The notes under the pieces were generated by a model. That model was not told the origin of the DNA, ran no database searches, and was given only the letters and a program-made list of their open reading frames with translations. Source: Candidatus Gottesmanbacteria bacterium (lineage in GTDB: Bacteria; Patescibacteriota; Microgenomatia; UBA10105; UBA927). From it: a stretch of DNA of 64,000 nucleotides. The DNA is taken from the NCBI GenBank assembly GCA_030679255.1, contig JAUXTO010000013.1:84383-148382 (forward strand). Direction: 5' to 3'. Made by a program: the position numbers and the translations under genes. This document shows, piece by piece, positions 31,072-41,884 of this stretch (positions are counted from its first letter, which is position 1; every line of letters starts with the position of its first letter).

Positions 31072-32582
31072 GGTATTGGACGGGGAAGTGCTACTGTATA
31101 CAGACGTAAACTCCGGTCCTTCCGTAATCCCTTATTGTATCGGGCGACAAGGGTCAGATTCCAATTTTTTGGTGCAACCTCAAGCTCATTGAGCACTAAA
31201 TACGTTGGGAATTTTTTCACAGATTCGATAACCTCCAGCGGTGCCTTGTCAGGAATCGGCCATATACCATGAATTTCTATATTCGGCAAATCCACAAGAT
31301 ACATCTCAAGTCCATACGGTAACAAACCAAATGTTCCGTCTGTATAAACGATTACGTTCCCCTTGGTGGACTCTTGCAAGATAAAATCTTTTACCTCACG
31401 TACTCCCCAACCAGATGGCCAATCGTTCATATATTGTCCCCGGTCAGCTTGGGCAATAGGAGCATATATTGGTTTTGTAATTAAGAGATACTCTGTCCAG
31501 ATACTCGGAAAAATGATACATACTATGAGAAGAATCCCAAAAAAAGTTTTTCCACATTTTTTTATTATTCCGTCAGTTACGGCGGCTGCAAGGATCAATA
31601 ACGGCATCGTCATAAAAAAAATAAACCGGGGATAGAGTACTCGGGCAAATAGCGCTAACGCCACAAACGGCGCAAGCCACCACGCGGTCAACAACGCTTT
31701 TTCCCGGCCATACTTGTTCACCGTGAATACAGCCCCAAGCACAATGATCCATACAGGCCACGTAAGATAATTAATAAGCCAATCAAGCAAACCACGGACA
31801 TTACCGAGAAAAAAATTCGTGGGATGCTTCAACCACTCGGTAAAAGGATACACAAAAATTGCATTTTTTTGGTCAATGACGCCAAAAAATGGAGAAAGAC
31901 GAAGGACGCTATACATGGCTTGTGAAATGAGAGCGGCGATAAAAATATATAAAAACCATAATCCTAAGCGCCGCCTCAACCCATCCTTGTTCCAATCAAA
32001 AAGAAATAGCGTAATGGGAACCATATAGAGACTCAAAAATCCCGACGTTTTATTGAGCATGCCCAATCCGAGCGTTATTCCAAATATCATTGCAATATCA
32101 AGCCGTAAATGAGTGACGAGTAATACAGATAAATAAAGATTCCAGAGCGAAAACATCGTCACAAGAGAATCGTAAAGAGCCATCCGGTCATAGACCAAAG
32201 CAAAAGGACTCAAAACATAGAATATGCTTGCTATGACACCAACTCGTACACTCTTAAAAAGTAGTCGTCCAAGAAAAAACATCGCAATAAGACTACCTAA
32301 TCCGGAAAATACTGATACTAGCCGACCGGCCAAAATAGGATCGTTGATGAAGCGCATGAAACCCATGGCTATCCATGTATACATCGGTTGCTTCCCGTCA
32401 ACGAGAGAAATAAAACGCCACGCTGCGTCTCGACTTCCGATTTGCGACCACCGGATATAGATTGCTTCATCGGTGAAAATCGGGAATGACGTTAGGTTAA
32501 TGAGACGTGTGGCAAAATAGGCAACCACGATACCTGCAATGATCAATACAAATCCGTTTGAATGTGAAGATTTTTTCATCAT
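31068..32582 (-). CDS. ArnT/PMT-like GT-C glycosyltransferase
   Basis: PIFTDEAIY, DGKQP, GRLVS and YDRMALYD motifs, multi-TM. Confidence 0.85.
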   Translation of the reverse strand: MMKKSSHSNGFVLIIAGIVVAYFATRLINLTSFPIFTDEAIYIRWSQIGSRDAAWRFISLVDGKQPMYTWIAMGFMRFINDPILAGRLVSVFSGLGSLIAMFFLGRLLFKSVRVGVIASIFYVLSPFALVYDRMALYDSLVTMFSLWNLYLSVLLVTHLRLDIAMIFGITLGLGMLNKTSGFLSLYMVPITLFLFDWNKDGLRRRLGLWFLYIFIAALISQAMYSVLRLSPFFGVIDQKNAIFVYPFTEWLKHPTNFFLGNVRGLLDWLINYLTWPVWIIVLGAVFTVNKYGREKALLTAWWLAPFVALALFARVLYPRFIFFMTMPLLILAAAVTDGIIKKCGKTFFGILLIVCIIFPSIWTEYLLITKPIYAPIAQADRGQYMNDWPSGWGVREVKDFILQESTKGNVIVYTDGTFGLLPYGLEMYLVDLPNIEIHGIWPIPDKAPLEVIESVKKFPTYLVLNELEVAPKNWNLTLVARYNKGLRKDRSLRLYTVALPRPIP

Positions 32583-32618
32583 ACTTCGTTGCTTCCTTTA
32601 ATTATACCAGGGAATACA

Positions 32619-33809
32619 TTATAGATGCGTTTTCCATCGTCGAAGAGGCACCTTGGATTGAAATACGAGCATCATGCAGATCACAAAAACAGGCATGATT
32701 GTGACCCATAATTTAATCGCCGGAACAGGATCGCCCCAATGTCCGTAATAAAGAAACGGAGTATATCGGAGTAGCAACCCTAACGAAAAGGCACCGGCGA
32801 TCAGAGTCATATTACGCTTCCCGGGTAGAAGCGCAATAAAAGGCATAATCCATACAAAATACCATGGAAGCACCTCCCGCCCCATTACGACCATCACAAA
32901 TCCAACGATCATGCCAGCCAAGGCAATGCCTCTCGACCACTTAAAGAAAAAACTGGGAATCAAAAATATCGTCATAAACTTAATCCCGATTGAGATGGCA
33001 AGCAGCCACCAAGCAACGAATAACTGCTTTTTTTGTATATAAAAAACCATGGACCATATGGCGACAGCCATCATGACAATATCGTTGTGTCCGCTTACCA
33101 GGCTTTCGACAATTATTAACGGATTAAATGCAAACACTGCCATGCCAAGTAACGCATGATCAGGATCCACTTTTTTTAGAATACTATAGATTCCTCGTAT
33201 GGTAAGAAGATAAAAAATTGCTGCAATAATTTTAAAATTCCATAAAATGAGAAGAAATGTCCCAAAACCGAAAAAGTAGGCAGGCAACGAAACAAGGATC
33301 CATGCGGGAGTATATGCGCTCGGCAAGTGAATCCAACGCATAACATTTATCCACGGATCAATGGATATAAATTGCATCGGAAGCACTTCATAAGGATTTT
33401 TTCCATAAAAAAGTACTGTTTTGGCAGTAAACATATAATTGAAAATATCATAGGAAAACGCCGGGTATGATAAAACCAATACGAAGCTTATACAAAATAC
33501 AATTCTCCACAAACTCCGTATCGTGAGGACACCAGAGCGAATTTGTTGCAATGTCACGATATAAAGTCCATAAAAAATTCCGAGCAAACCAAGATATATC
33601 AGCGCTGAATACGTCCTCTCATAGTAACCGACATACTGAAACGCCTTCTGGATATATTGCCAAATATTTGCTGTAGAAAGAGTCAGGTTAAGATCTACTT
33701 GAGTGTAAGAATACAAAAATAATGCAAATGAAGCTAGCACGTACCCCACAAGCAGTATGTTTTTTCGAAATATTTTCACATTTTTATAAATATAGTCCTC
33801 GAAAAGCAT
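32619..33809 (-). CDS. GT-C glycosyltransferase (MptA/MptB/GT87-like)
   Basis: SYDIFNY...NPY, SAYTP, FNPL...E....HND and PWY motifs. The start may be GTG 33779. Confidence 0.75.
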   Translation of the reverse strand: MLFEDYIYKNVKIFRKNILLVGYVLASFALFLYSYTQVDLNLTLSTANIWQYIQKAFQYVGYYERTYSALIYLGLLGIFYGLYIVTLQQIRSGVLTIRSLWRIVFCISFVLVLSYPAFSYDIFNYMFTAKTVLFYGKNPYEVLPMQFISIDPWINVMRWIHLPSAYTPAWILVSLPAYFFGFGTFLLILWNFKIIAAIFYLLTIRGIYSILKKVDPDHALLGMAVFAFNPLIIVESLVSGHNDIVMMAVAIWSMVFYIQKKQLFVAWWLLAISIGIKFMTIFLIPSFFFKWSRGIALAGMIVGFVMVVMGREVLPWYFVWIMPFIALLPGKRNMTLIAGAFSLGLLLRYTPFLYYGHWGDPVPAIKLWVTIMPVFVICMMLVFQSKVPLRRWKTHL

Positions 33810-34536
33810 TCACCCGAATGCGGATAATATCAAGGAGTCCTTGCCAAGAATCCTTGATGGGACTTACCCGTCTTGTTTCTACATAATGCCATTCGACAGG
33901 AACTTCTTTTATGTTGCATCCAAGCTGCTTGGCGAGGAATAAGACTTCAATATCAAACCCCGCGGTAACCATGGATCCCTGCACGATATGACTCCTTCCA
34001 TATAATTGAAGCCGTTCAAAAATTTTTCGCGCAGTAGACTGCCGGAACGCTTTAAATCCACATTGTGTATCTGAGATACCATGGAGACCGAGAATCATCG
34101 ACCGGATCCACATAAATCCGATTGCCATAGCTTTGCGGGTCAGAGGCGCTCCCACACGCTTGCCGCTCCTCGATCCAATCACCACATCAAAATCTTGATC
34201 AAACCAGGGCAATATGTTTTCCAACTCACGGATGGGTGTGGCTTGATCCAGATCTGTGAATAACACAATGTCTCCGCGGGCCGCTAAACTGCCCGCTATG
34301 ACGGTAGCCGCTTTACCTTGATGAGGATTATGTATGATCCGGAAGGCGTGTGTTATGCGCGCATATTCATCAAAGAGTTTCGCTGTGTCATCGGTAGACC
34401 CATCATCCACAAGAATGACCTCCCAACGAAATTTCCGGCTCTCCATATACCGCGATACTTTATCAAGCGCGCCAAGCCGGATATTTGTTTCTTCGTTATA
34501 CGCAGGAATAACCACGGAGAGATATGGTTTGGACAT
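33784..34536 (-). CDS. Polyprenol-phosphate glycosyltransferase (Alg5-like GT2)
   Basis: IPAYNEE, VDDGSTD, FTDLD, DTQCGFKAF and FDIEVL motifs. Confidence 0.85.
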   Translation of the reverse strand: MSKPYLSVVIPAYNEETNIRLGALDKVSRYMESRKFRWEVILVDDGSTDDTAKLFDEYARITHAFRIIHNPHQGKAATVIAGSLAARGDIVLFTDLDQATPIRELENILPWFDQDFDVVIGSRSGKRVGAPLTRKAMAIGFMWIRSMILGLHGISDTQCGFKAFRQSTARKIFERLQLYGRSHIVQGSMVTAGFDIEVLFLAKQLGCNIKEVPVEWHYVETRRVSPIKDSWQGLLDIIRIRVNAFRGLYL

Positions 34537-34538
34537 AC

Positions 34539-36140
34539 CTATAAGTGTATCAGTTTATGAATGGTGACAAATGATGTCTTCCAGGTGCCGGATATTGTGG
34601 CACTCCCGAATCCGGCAATTTCCCATAACGGGTGACCGAGCGGTTTGCAATCTGGCTCCTCACAAATCACAATCAACTGGTCGGTCACAGTTTTTCGCTC
34701 CGGATCTGCAAACTCCGGCTTGATCGTAACCGGAGGATTTCCCCAAATATCAAAAAAATATCGGTATACATGATCAGAATTACCTTGAGTGATCAGGGCA
34801 AAATTAAATGGCTTCTGACCGGTTTTATCAATTGCAACTTGTGCAATGCCGCGGGCTTGAGCCAGTTGATTATTCGGGGCAAATTGGAACGGCTGACCCT
34901 GCCAATTCCACCATAATAATAAAGCCGTCACGCCCACAGAAATTGCCATTCCGATGACATGAATTTGTTTGAGACGATAGAGAATAATACCGGTTACCAA
35001 AAACGGCAGGGTAAACCAAATGCCGAAGTAATAATCGTAAATTGCCCGTTTATAAAATCCAAATAAGACGGCTACGACAAAGCCCCAAAGCAGGAGAAGC
35101 AACGATGACCGTCGCCATCGGGCCGTATTGTTGATGGGATTGCAACCTATAACTAACAGGCCAATTCCAACCGTGAGAATGCCCACTATTCCCCAATGCC
35201 ACAACCCCTGCTGCCAAGACGGAATATCCGACCATATTTCCGGCTGCGGAAACCGGAGCACGAGTCTTCCGACTAACCGATAAAGAATGTCCTGGATAAT
35301 AATCCGGTATTTTTCTGGAGCGAGCCCTGTGTCGTTTCCCGCAAGAACAAATTGTATAATGGATTGTGTATTCGGAAATCCATGACGCAGTTCAAACAGG
35401 AGAAACGGCCCGAAACCCACCAGAAAACCCATCATACCAAGAATTCCCGTTTTGATCCGTTCCCGTACTTTGGTATACACGAGAACCCAAATGGCCGCAA
35501 CCGGAAAAAGAAATAAAAACAAGTAGTGAAGCTGCAAGCCTATTCCCATACATATCCCGGCACCAACTATATTCCTCAATCTTCCGTTTTCGGCAAATCT
35601 CCACAGAAGAAAAATCATCAGTAATGAAAAAAACGGCACGATATTGGGATTCCATGATGAACGGGAGTATGCGATGACCACCGGCGAAAGCGCATAGAGC
35701 GCGCTTGCCACGATTCCCACCCATGAACCAAACATATCCCGACCGCTCCGGTAGAGAAGATAGACGGTTGCGACACCAAATAACGCAACCATCACAGCAG
35801 GTCCCGTGGGGTCGAGTCTCCATGCCCAAAGAAAGGGCAGCATAAAATAATAATAGATTGGCCCCAAGAAAAATCCTCCCACGGATGCGGTAGGCCCGAG
35901 AAGCGTCCATTTATGATCAACGATCATCTGTTTGACGACCAGTGCGTCACGTCCTTCATCGCCCAAAAACGTCATATAGCCGGATATATTGTAAAGGCGG
36001 AGGTATGCTGCAACGAAAAGAATGACTACTATCAACAACTCAGACCAAGGAACTTTCCAACGTTTTGACTTTTGACCTTTGACTTTCCCGCCTGCAACGC
36101 TTTGCTTAGCATTGCGGGCAGGTGACTTTATTTTTTCCAT
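34539..36140 (-). CDS. ArnT/PMT-like GT-C glycosyltransferase
   Basis: FLGDEGRD, LGP..YY, SP....SR.SWNPN, multi-TM. Start ATG 36140 overlaps the upstream gene end. Confidence 0.85.
   Translation of the reverse strand: MEKIKSPARNAKQSVAGGKVKGQKSKRWKVPWSELLIVVILFVAAYLRLYNISGYMTFLGDEGRDALVVKQMIVDHKWTLLGPTASVGGFFLGPIYYYFMLPFLWAWRLDPTGPAVMVALFGVATVYLLYRSGRDMFGSWVGIVASALYALSPVVIAYSRSSWNPNIVPFFSLLMIFLLWRFAENGRLRNIVGAGICMGIGLQLHYLFLFLFPVAAIWVLVYTKVRERIKTGILGMMGFLVGFGPFLLFELRHGFPNTQSIIQFVLAGNDTGLAPEKYRIIIQDILYRLVGRLVLRFPQPEIWSDIPSWQQGLWHWGIVGILTVGIGLLVIGCNPINNTARWRRSSLLLLLWGFVVAVLFGFYKRAIYDYYFGIWFTLPFLVTGIILYRLKQIHVIGMAISVGVTALLLWWNWQGQPFQFAPNNQLAQARGIAQVAIDKTGQKPFNFALITQGNSDHVYRYFFDIWGNPPVTIKPEFADPERKTVTDQLIVICEEPDCKPLGHPLWEIAGFGSATISGTWKTSFVTIHKLIHL
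36063..36129. repeat. (TTTTGAC)n array interrupted by a 36-bp hairpin element (36087-36122)
   Basis: ttttgac ttttgac ctttgac ttt[CCCGCCTGCAACGCT-ttgctt-AGCATTGCGGGCAGG]tgac ttt. Confidence 0.9.
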
Positions 36141-37237
36141 ATGACTTTTGAATACATTGTGTAATTCCAAAGGAGTCCGATTCCTACGCCTATAAGGTAA
36201 AACCAGCGATAAAAGGAAACCCCAAATACCATGGATCCTGTCGCAACGGCACCTGACTGAATAAGCACGGCACCGAAAGACGTTGCATTAAATTGCAGAA
36301 ATTTTCTTATCGCATCAAATCCACGGACTTTTCTCGATCCAAATGTCCAGGAATTATTCAAAATGAAATTAGAAATGATGGCAAATTCTGCCCCGAAGCT
36401 ACTTCCTATGACAGGATGAAATCCGAAGTGAACGAAAACCTCCAACATGGCCGTATTAATGATAAAACCTATACTCCCCACCACCAGAAATTTACCAAAC
36501 GATCCGGTGACTATTTGCGTGAAGCGCTGACGCGTGATATACCCGAGTACATCACGAATATATTGAGATGGTGCTATTTTAGAATGTCCAAACTTTCTAT
36601 CCGTAAACCGTATCGGGACTTCAGTAATTTTTGCACCACGAAGTATCGATTTATGGAGATATGCGATTTGAAATACATATCCCTGGTATTGAGATAAATC
36701 CGAACGGCTATATCGCGCTATTTTTTCTGTATACGCCCGATACCCACCCGTCCAATCATGGACGTTCGTGTATCCCAGACCAAATCGTACAATTCCGTTG
36801 CCGACAATGCTAAACAGTTTCCTGTGCCATCCCCAGTTGTCCGGTATTGATCCGCCCTCTATATACCGGCTGCCGACGGCAAAATCTGCGCCGCTATTGA
36901 TAGCTTTTATAAAATGGGGTAGCGATACGGGGTCGTGAGAGAGATCTGCATCCATCTGTACGATAATCTTTGCATGTAAAACATCAAGTGCGTACGCAAT
37001 CGCATACAACAGTGCACTCCCCAATCCTTCTTTTTCTTTTGTCAAAAGTATGACATTTGGATGTTTGCTTCTATATTGCTTCACCACTTCTGACGTGCCA
37101 TCCGGAGATTTATCATCGACAACGAGAATGGTCAGACTATGCCCGCGGATATTGACCCATACGTCAAAAATGCTATCCAAAAGGGTTTTAATATTTTCCC
37201 GCTCATTGTACGTCGGAAGTATGACGACGGTGTTCAT
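36128..37237 (-). CDS. Polyprenol-phosphate mannosyl/glycosyltransferase (Dpm1-like GT2) fused to a GtrA-like domain
   Basis: LPTYNERENI, VDDKSPDGT, QMDADLSH and GSRYI motifs. C-terminal 4-TM GtrA region with KFLVVG and NFILNN.WTF. Confidence 0.9.
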   Translation of the reverse strand: MNTVVILPTYNERENIKTLLDSIFDVWVNIRGHSLTILVVDDKSPDGTSEVVKQYRSKHPNVILLTKEKEGLGSALLYAIAYALDVLHAKIIVQMDADLSHDPVSLPHFIKAINSGADFAVGSRYIEGGSIPDNWGWHRKLFSIVGNGIVRFGLGYTNVHDWTGGYRAYTEKIARYSRSDLSQYQGYVFQIAYLHKSILRGAKITEVPIRFTDRKFGHSKIAPSQYIRDVLGYITRQRFTQIVTGSFGKFLVVGSIGFIINTAMLEVFVHFGFHPVIGSSFGAEFAIISNFILNNSWTFGSRKVRGFDAIRKFLQFNATSFGAVLIQSGAVATGSMVFGVSFYRWFYLIGVGIGLLWNYTMYSKVIWKK

Positions 37238-37243
37238 GGAGCT

Positions 37244-37249
37244 ATTATA
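37244..37249 (-). promoter_or_regulatory. -10 box TATAAT 6 nt before ATG (leaderless promoter)
   Basis: Minus strand reads TATAAT-agctcc-ATG. Confidence 0.55.
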
Positions 37250-38201
37250 CCCGTTCACGCCAGTAGTTGAGAAGGTCCTCCATCGTTTTTTCAAAAGGAA
37301 TCTCCGGCTTCCAACCCGTTTTCTTTACAAACTTCGTGTTATCACCGATCAAAACCGGTACATCGGACGGCCGCATACGGGAAGCATCTTCTTTTACGTC
37401 TACGTTCACCTTGGAGAAGGAAAGAAGCATCTTGAGCAAATCTCCGATCCTTATGGCCGTCCCTACTGCGATGTTATAGACGTCCCCAGGATCACATTTT
37501 TCCACGGCAAGAACATACGCCCGGACCATATCCCGTACATCAGTATAATCGCGCTTGGCGTCAAGATTCCCGACACGTATGACCGGTTCCTGTTTACCCT
37601 TTTCGATAAGCGCTATTTGCTTGGCAAAATTAGATTCGGCAAATGTTTCCCCACGTCGCGGGCCCGTATGGTTAAACCCACGTGTCCGTATAATCCGTAC
37701 TTTGTAGGACTGGAAATACTGGTATCCCAAATAGTCCATCGCAACTTTAGATACGGCATACGGAGACAGCGGACGCAACGGATTGGATTCTTTTATAGGA
37801 AGCTCATTTTCGTGTACCAACCCGTATTCCTCCGATGAACACGCAATTTGTATAACTGAATCTATTCCAGCCTGTCGAACCGCTTCAAATAGATTTGCGC
37901 TTCCCACAATATTGACTTCCAAAGTCACAGACGGAGAAACCCATGAAGTTGGCACAAAAGATTGTGCCGCTAAATGAAAAATATAATCCGGTTTTATACG
38001 GGAAAGAGTTGTATAAAGACTATGTGTATCCAAAAGATCGGCGTCTTCCAGATGAAGTTTGTTGATAATAGATTCTATATGATCGCGCTTTGTTCTTGGA
38101 CGGCACATGCCATAGACTTCATACCCCTGTGACAATAATAACTCTGCAAGATGACTTCCTACAAAACCAGCGATTCCGGTAATTAATGCTTTTTTTGCCA
38201 T
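37245..38201 (-). CDS. GDP-mannose 4,6-dehydratase / Rmd-like extended SDR
   Basis: TGIAGFVG, HLAAQSFV, SSEEYG, PYAVSK, GNLDAKRD and RPSDV motifs. Confidence 0.8.
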   Translation of the reverse strand: MAKKALITGIAGFVGSHLAELLLSQGYEVYGMCRPRTKRDHIESIINKLHLEDADLLDTHSLYTTLSRIKPDYIFHLAAQSFVPTSWVSPSVTLEVNIVGSANLFEAVRQAGIDSVIQIACSSEEYGLVHENELPIKESNPLRPLSPYAVSKVAMDYLGYQYFQSYKVRIIRTRGFNHTGPRRGETFAESNFAKQIALIEKGKQEPVIRVGNLDAKRDYTDVRDMVRAYVLAVEKCDPGDVYNIAVGTAIRIGDLLKMLLSFSKVNVDVKEDASRMRPSDVPVLIGDNTKFVKKTGWKPEIPFEKTMEDLLNYWRERV

Positions 38202-38284
38202 ATATCCTCCCCTTGCCCGCCTAAGACCGCTCTTTGCATCGTGTACGAATAGTACTGAAAAGATGCAAAGCTAGGTCAGGAGGG
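38202..38284 (-). promoter_or_regulatory. Structured intergenic leader with SD GGAGG
   Basis: Perfect 9-bp inverted repeat CTTTGCATC/GATGCAAAG, flanking GACC/GGTC, and a CCCTCCT segment complementary to the SD. Confidence 0.45.
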
Positions 38285-39583
38285 TTACATTCTCCCTACA
38301 CCATAATACATGAAGCCAAGTTGTTTTACACTATTCGGATCGTACACATTTCGTCCGTCAAACATAACGCGTTCTTTGAGTTCCTTTGCGAGTCTCACCA
38401 AATCCAATTGCCGGAACTCATTCCATTCGGTCACCACAATCACGGCATCTGCGCCCCGGGCTGCATCATAGGCGTCTTTTGCATAAAAAACGCCTGTCGG
38501 TAGTAATGGTTTGGCATTTTCTATAGCCACCGGATCAAAAACGCGGATACGAGCACCCATTTGCGTGAGTTTTCCGATAATTTCGACCGATGGCGCTGAT
38601 CGCATGTCATCCGTATCCGGTTTGAATGAAAGACCCAAAACCGCAAACAACTTCCCCTTTACATCACCATGAAAATGGCGGGATATTTTATCAATAAACC
38701 GGCTCGCGGCTTCCTTATTCACTTCTTCGACCGCGGTAAGAATTGAAAAATTGTACCCGTATTCTTTTGCGATTGCAATAAGCGCGCTTACATCTTTTGG
38801 AAAACAGCTTCCGCCATATCCCACACCCGGATAGAGAAAGCTTCTTCCGAGACGTTTATCAAGCCCCACTCCCTCAAGAACTTTTTGGGCATCCGCACCA
38901 ACCTTTTCAGAAAGAAACGCAATCGCATTGGCAAAAGATATTTTTGCAGAAAGGAGGGAATTGGATGCATATTTGATAAGCTCAGCGGTCTCCAGATTAC
39001 AAAGAACTTTTTTTCCATCAATGGATTTATGAAGATCGAGAAGTAATTCTTCGGCGCGTTTTGATGTCGTTCCAATGACGACGCGATCAGGATGAAGGGT
39101 ATCACGGATCGCCGTCCCCTCCCGTAAAAATTCAGGAACTGATGCGATGGAGAATGATGATTCTCCTGATTTTGTACGTTCAAGAATTTCAGAAACTTTT
39201 TTATTTGTCCCGGGTGGCACGGTGCTCTTCGTGACGACCACCTTATACCCAACGAGCGCTTTTCCGACACTTTCAGCAGCCGCAAACACACTGGTGAGAT
39301 CCGCCTCACCGGATTTTTTCGATGGCGTACCGACACAAATGAAAATAATTTCTGACGGGGCAACCGCTTGGCCGTAATCCAGGGTAAACAGCAAGCGGCC
39401 GGCAACAACATTTCTTTTCACTAATTCCTCAAGTCCCGGTTCATAAAATGGTGCTTTCCCTTTTTTAAGGTTTTCAATTTTTTCTCTCGTCCGTCCCACG
39501 ACCCATACGGTATTCCCCAAATCCGCAAATACTGCGGCAGTTACTAACCCTACATACCCATGACCGATAAATGAAATTGTCAT
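38285..39583 (-). CDS. ugd: UDP-glucose/GDP-mannose 6-dehydrogenase
   Basis: GHGYVGL, VGTP, KSTVPPG, PEFLREG, GYGGSCFPKD and FKP.TDD.R motifs. Confidence 0.92.
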   Translation of the reverse strand: MTISFIGHGYVGLVTAAVFADLGNTVWVVGRTREKIENLKKGKAPFYEPGLEELVKRNVVAGRLLFTLDYGQAVAPSEIIFICVGTPSKKSGEADLTSVFAAAESVGKALVGYKVVVTKSTVPPGTNKKVSEILERTKSGESSFSIASVPEFLREGTAIRDTLHPDRVVIGTTSKRAEELLLDLHKSIDGKKVLCNLETAELIKYASNSLLSAKISFANAIAFLSEKVGADAQKVLEGVGLDKRLGRSFLYPGVGYGGSCFPKDVSALIAIAKEYGYNFSILTAVEEVNKEAASRFIDKISRHFHGDVKGKLFAVLGLSFKPDTDDMRSAPSVEIIGKLTQMGARIRVFDPVAIENAKPLLPTGVFYAKDAYDAARGADAVIVVTEWNEFRQLDLVRLAKELKERVMFDGRNVYDPNSVKQLGFMYYGVGRM

Positions 39584-40434
39584 ACAAGGAACCGTACCCC
39601 TTCATGAAAGGGGATCATTGATAGACCCAAAGATTCTATTTTTAAAGTTTGTAAAACCGCGCGGAGAGGTCGCGGAGCACGATTCTTATAATACAATGCC
39701 CATGACGTCGGCGCAATTGTTGATTTATCCAAATGCAGGGTGTCTGCAATGAGGATTGCGGCTTCAAAGGGAGAAAGTGCCTGACTCCCCACCGCGTGAT
39801 AGATGCCGGATGCGACGCTTTTTACTAACGCATGGATTACCCCGACAATATCGTCAATATACGTAGGCGTGATGCGCTGATCAGTCACCGCAACCACCGT
39901 CTCACCTGCTGCAAGTTGATCTTTGATACGCTGAACAAAATCCGGTCGGACGCTCGGTGCTGATCCATAGGGAAATGCAATACGCAAGATAAGACCGCTC
40001 TCCCCAAGTCGAGCGACCAATTTTTCTCCTTCATATTTCGTGGTGGCATACCAACTCATAGGACTGGGGGTGCTCTCTTCGGTGTATGGACCAGTATTGC
40101 CGTCAAATACGAAATCCGTCGAAAGATACAACACACGCTTCTTAAATTTCTGGGCGGCTTCAACAATATTCCGGGTTCCCCCGACGTTTACCCGCCAGGT
40201 ATTACTAGCCTCCCCAAGATCACGCTCTTTTTCACTTGCGTCCAAATCCGTACGAGCGGCAAAATGAAATATCCAGGAGGCATCCGACGAGGCAATTTTT
40301 TCCATCACGACATCTTTTTGTGTAATATCAATACCGGTTTCGAGGCTTAAATTTTCAAACTGGAATTCAGGCGTCAGAAGTTTTGTCACCCGAGAACCCA
40401 CAAGTCCTGAGAGTCCGGTGCCAATGATATTCAC
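39580..40434 (-). CDS. rmlD: dTDP-4-dehydrorhamnose reductase
   Basis: [20 protein letters not shown] and DQ..TPTY motifs. GTG start overlaps the rmlB stop. Confidence 0.85.
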   Translation of the reverse strand: MNIIGTGLSGLVGSRVTKLLTPEFQFENLSLETGIDITQKDVVMEKIASSDASWIFHFAARTDLDASEKERDLGEASNTWRVNVGGTRNIVEAAQKFKKRVLYLSTDFVFDGNTGPYTEESTPSPMSWYATTKYEGEKLVARLGESGLILRIAFPYGSAPSVRPDFVQRIKDQLAAGETVVAVTDQRITPTYIDDIVGVIHALVKSVASGIYHAVGSQALSPFEAAILIADTLHLDKSTIAPTSWALYYKNRAPRPLRAVLQTLKIESLGLSMIPFHEGVRFLV

Positions 40435-41414
40435 GGCGTTCCCCCATATTTTGCGCGTCTCCACCACGATTCATGGTTTCTATACCAATCTATGGTGTCT
40501 TGTAACCTTGACTCAAATTTTTGTAATGGCCTCCAACCAAGCTCCGTTTCAATCTTTGTCCAATCGATCGCATACCGCCGGTCATGTCCGGGCCGGTCGG
40601 CAACAAATTCAATCATGTCTTCGCGGCCCCCCATGAAATCAAGAATTTTCTTGACAACCGTTATGTTGTCCATGTCATTCGTGCCTCCGCCGATACAGTA
40701 CGTCTCACCTATTGTTCCACGGGTCAATACTGCGTCAATTGCCCGGCAGTGATCTTCAACATACAGCCAATCCCGCACATGAAGCCCATCACCGTATACC
40801 GGTACATTCTTACCCTCCAAAATATTTGTAATGACCAGTGGTATAAGTTTTTCCGGAAAATGGAACGGTCCGAAATTATTTGAACAGTTGGTAATCGTCA
40901 CTGGTAACCCGTATGTTTCGTGATATGCACGCACTAAATGATCCGAACTTGCTTTACTTGCAGAATACGGACTTCTGGGGTCATATGGTGTTCGTTCAGT
41001 AAATTTACTCAAAGTATCAAGTTCAAGCGATCCGAACACCTCATCTGTTGATATGTGATGGAATCGGGAAATCTTTGCCTTTGTTGCTGCCTCTAGGAGA
41101 GTGTAGGTTCCCATAATGTTCGTCGTAATAAATGGAGCCGGAGCACGTATTGACCGGTCTACGTGACTTTCCGCCGCAAAATGTACAACGACATCCACGC
41201 CCAACAATGCTTTTTTCACTATATCCGGATCACATATATTTCCATGAATAAATGTATAGTTGGTATTGTCTTTAATTTCGGTTAGATTTTCCAGATTTCC
41301 GGCGTACGTTAGGGCATCAAGATTGACCACGCTATCCGTTTGATGCTCACGCAGCCAGTAAAGGATAAAATTTGATCCGATGAAGCCGGCGCCGCCGGTG
41401 ACTAATAATTTCAT
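40431..41414 (-). CDS. rmlB: dTDP-glucose 4,6-dehydratase
   Basis: [34 protein letters not shown] and [10 protein letters not shown] motifs. Confidence 0.95.
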   Translation of the reverse strand: MKLLVTGGAGFIGSNFILYWLREHQTDSVVNLDALTYAGNLENLTEIKDNTNYTFIHGNICDPDIVKKALLGVDVVVHFAAESHVDRSIRAPAPFITTNIMGTYTLLEAATKAKISRFHHISTDEVFGSLELDTLSKFTERTPYDPRSPYSASKASSDHLVRAYHETYGLPVTITNCSNNFGPFHFPEKLIPLVITNILEGKNVPVYGDGLHVRDWLYVEDHCRAIDAVLTRGTIGETYCIGGGTNDMDNITVVKKILDFMGGREDMIEFVADRPGHDRRYAIDWTKIETELGWRPLQKFESRLQDTIDWYRNHESWWRRAKYGGTP

Positions 41415-41884
41415 GTAATATTTTTATTGGTGATCGTCACGCCTCGTACCCAATCGTAGCCAATGAGATCATCATCGTAAGGAATACGGCCCTCTTCGTC
41501 TTTAGAATAGATGCCGCTGGTAACGTACACTAATTCCGCCGGACCAGTGATCACCTTTAACCCATGGGCAACCCCTGCCGGAATCTTAAGAATGATATCC
41601 TGTCCCCCGTCGCCCAACGTATATTCATTGAGCTCTTTGTATGTGGTGCTCGCCGATCTATAGTCATAAAGAGCAACCTTTATTGTGCCTGTAACGATAT
41701 ACCACCAATCAATCTGTGTTTTATGCACATGCCATGCCTTCACTACTCCCGTCACCATAGATGAACGGGAAAGTTGTCCGAATCCTTCAGAAAATATCGG
41801 ATCGCTCATCCGTATCAGTTCTTCAAAAAAACCCCGCTCATCAGGGAGACGGATGAGATTTTTTGTTTGTGTGCCGTCAATCAT
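41411..41884 (-). CDS. rmlC: dTDP-4-dehydrorhamnose 3,5-epimerase-like cupin
   Basis: DERGFF.E, KAWH.H and IPAGVAHG motifs; located between rmlA and rmlB. Confidence 0.85.
   Translation of the reverse strand: MIDGTQTKNLIRLPDERGFFEELIRMSDPIFSEGFGQLSRSSMVTGVVKAWHVHKTQIDWWYIVTGTIKVALYDYRSASTTYKELNEYTLGDGGQDIILKIPAGVAHGLKVITGPAELVYVTSGIYSKDEEGRIPYDDDLIGYDWVRGVTITNKNIT

Noticed and set aside
37050-37838. 262-aa + strand ORF
   Set aside because: It is antisense to two well-supported genes and shows no recognisable motifs.
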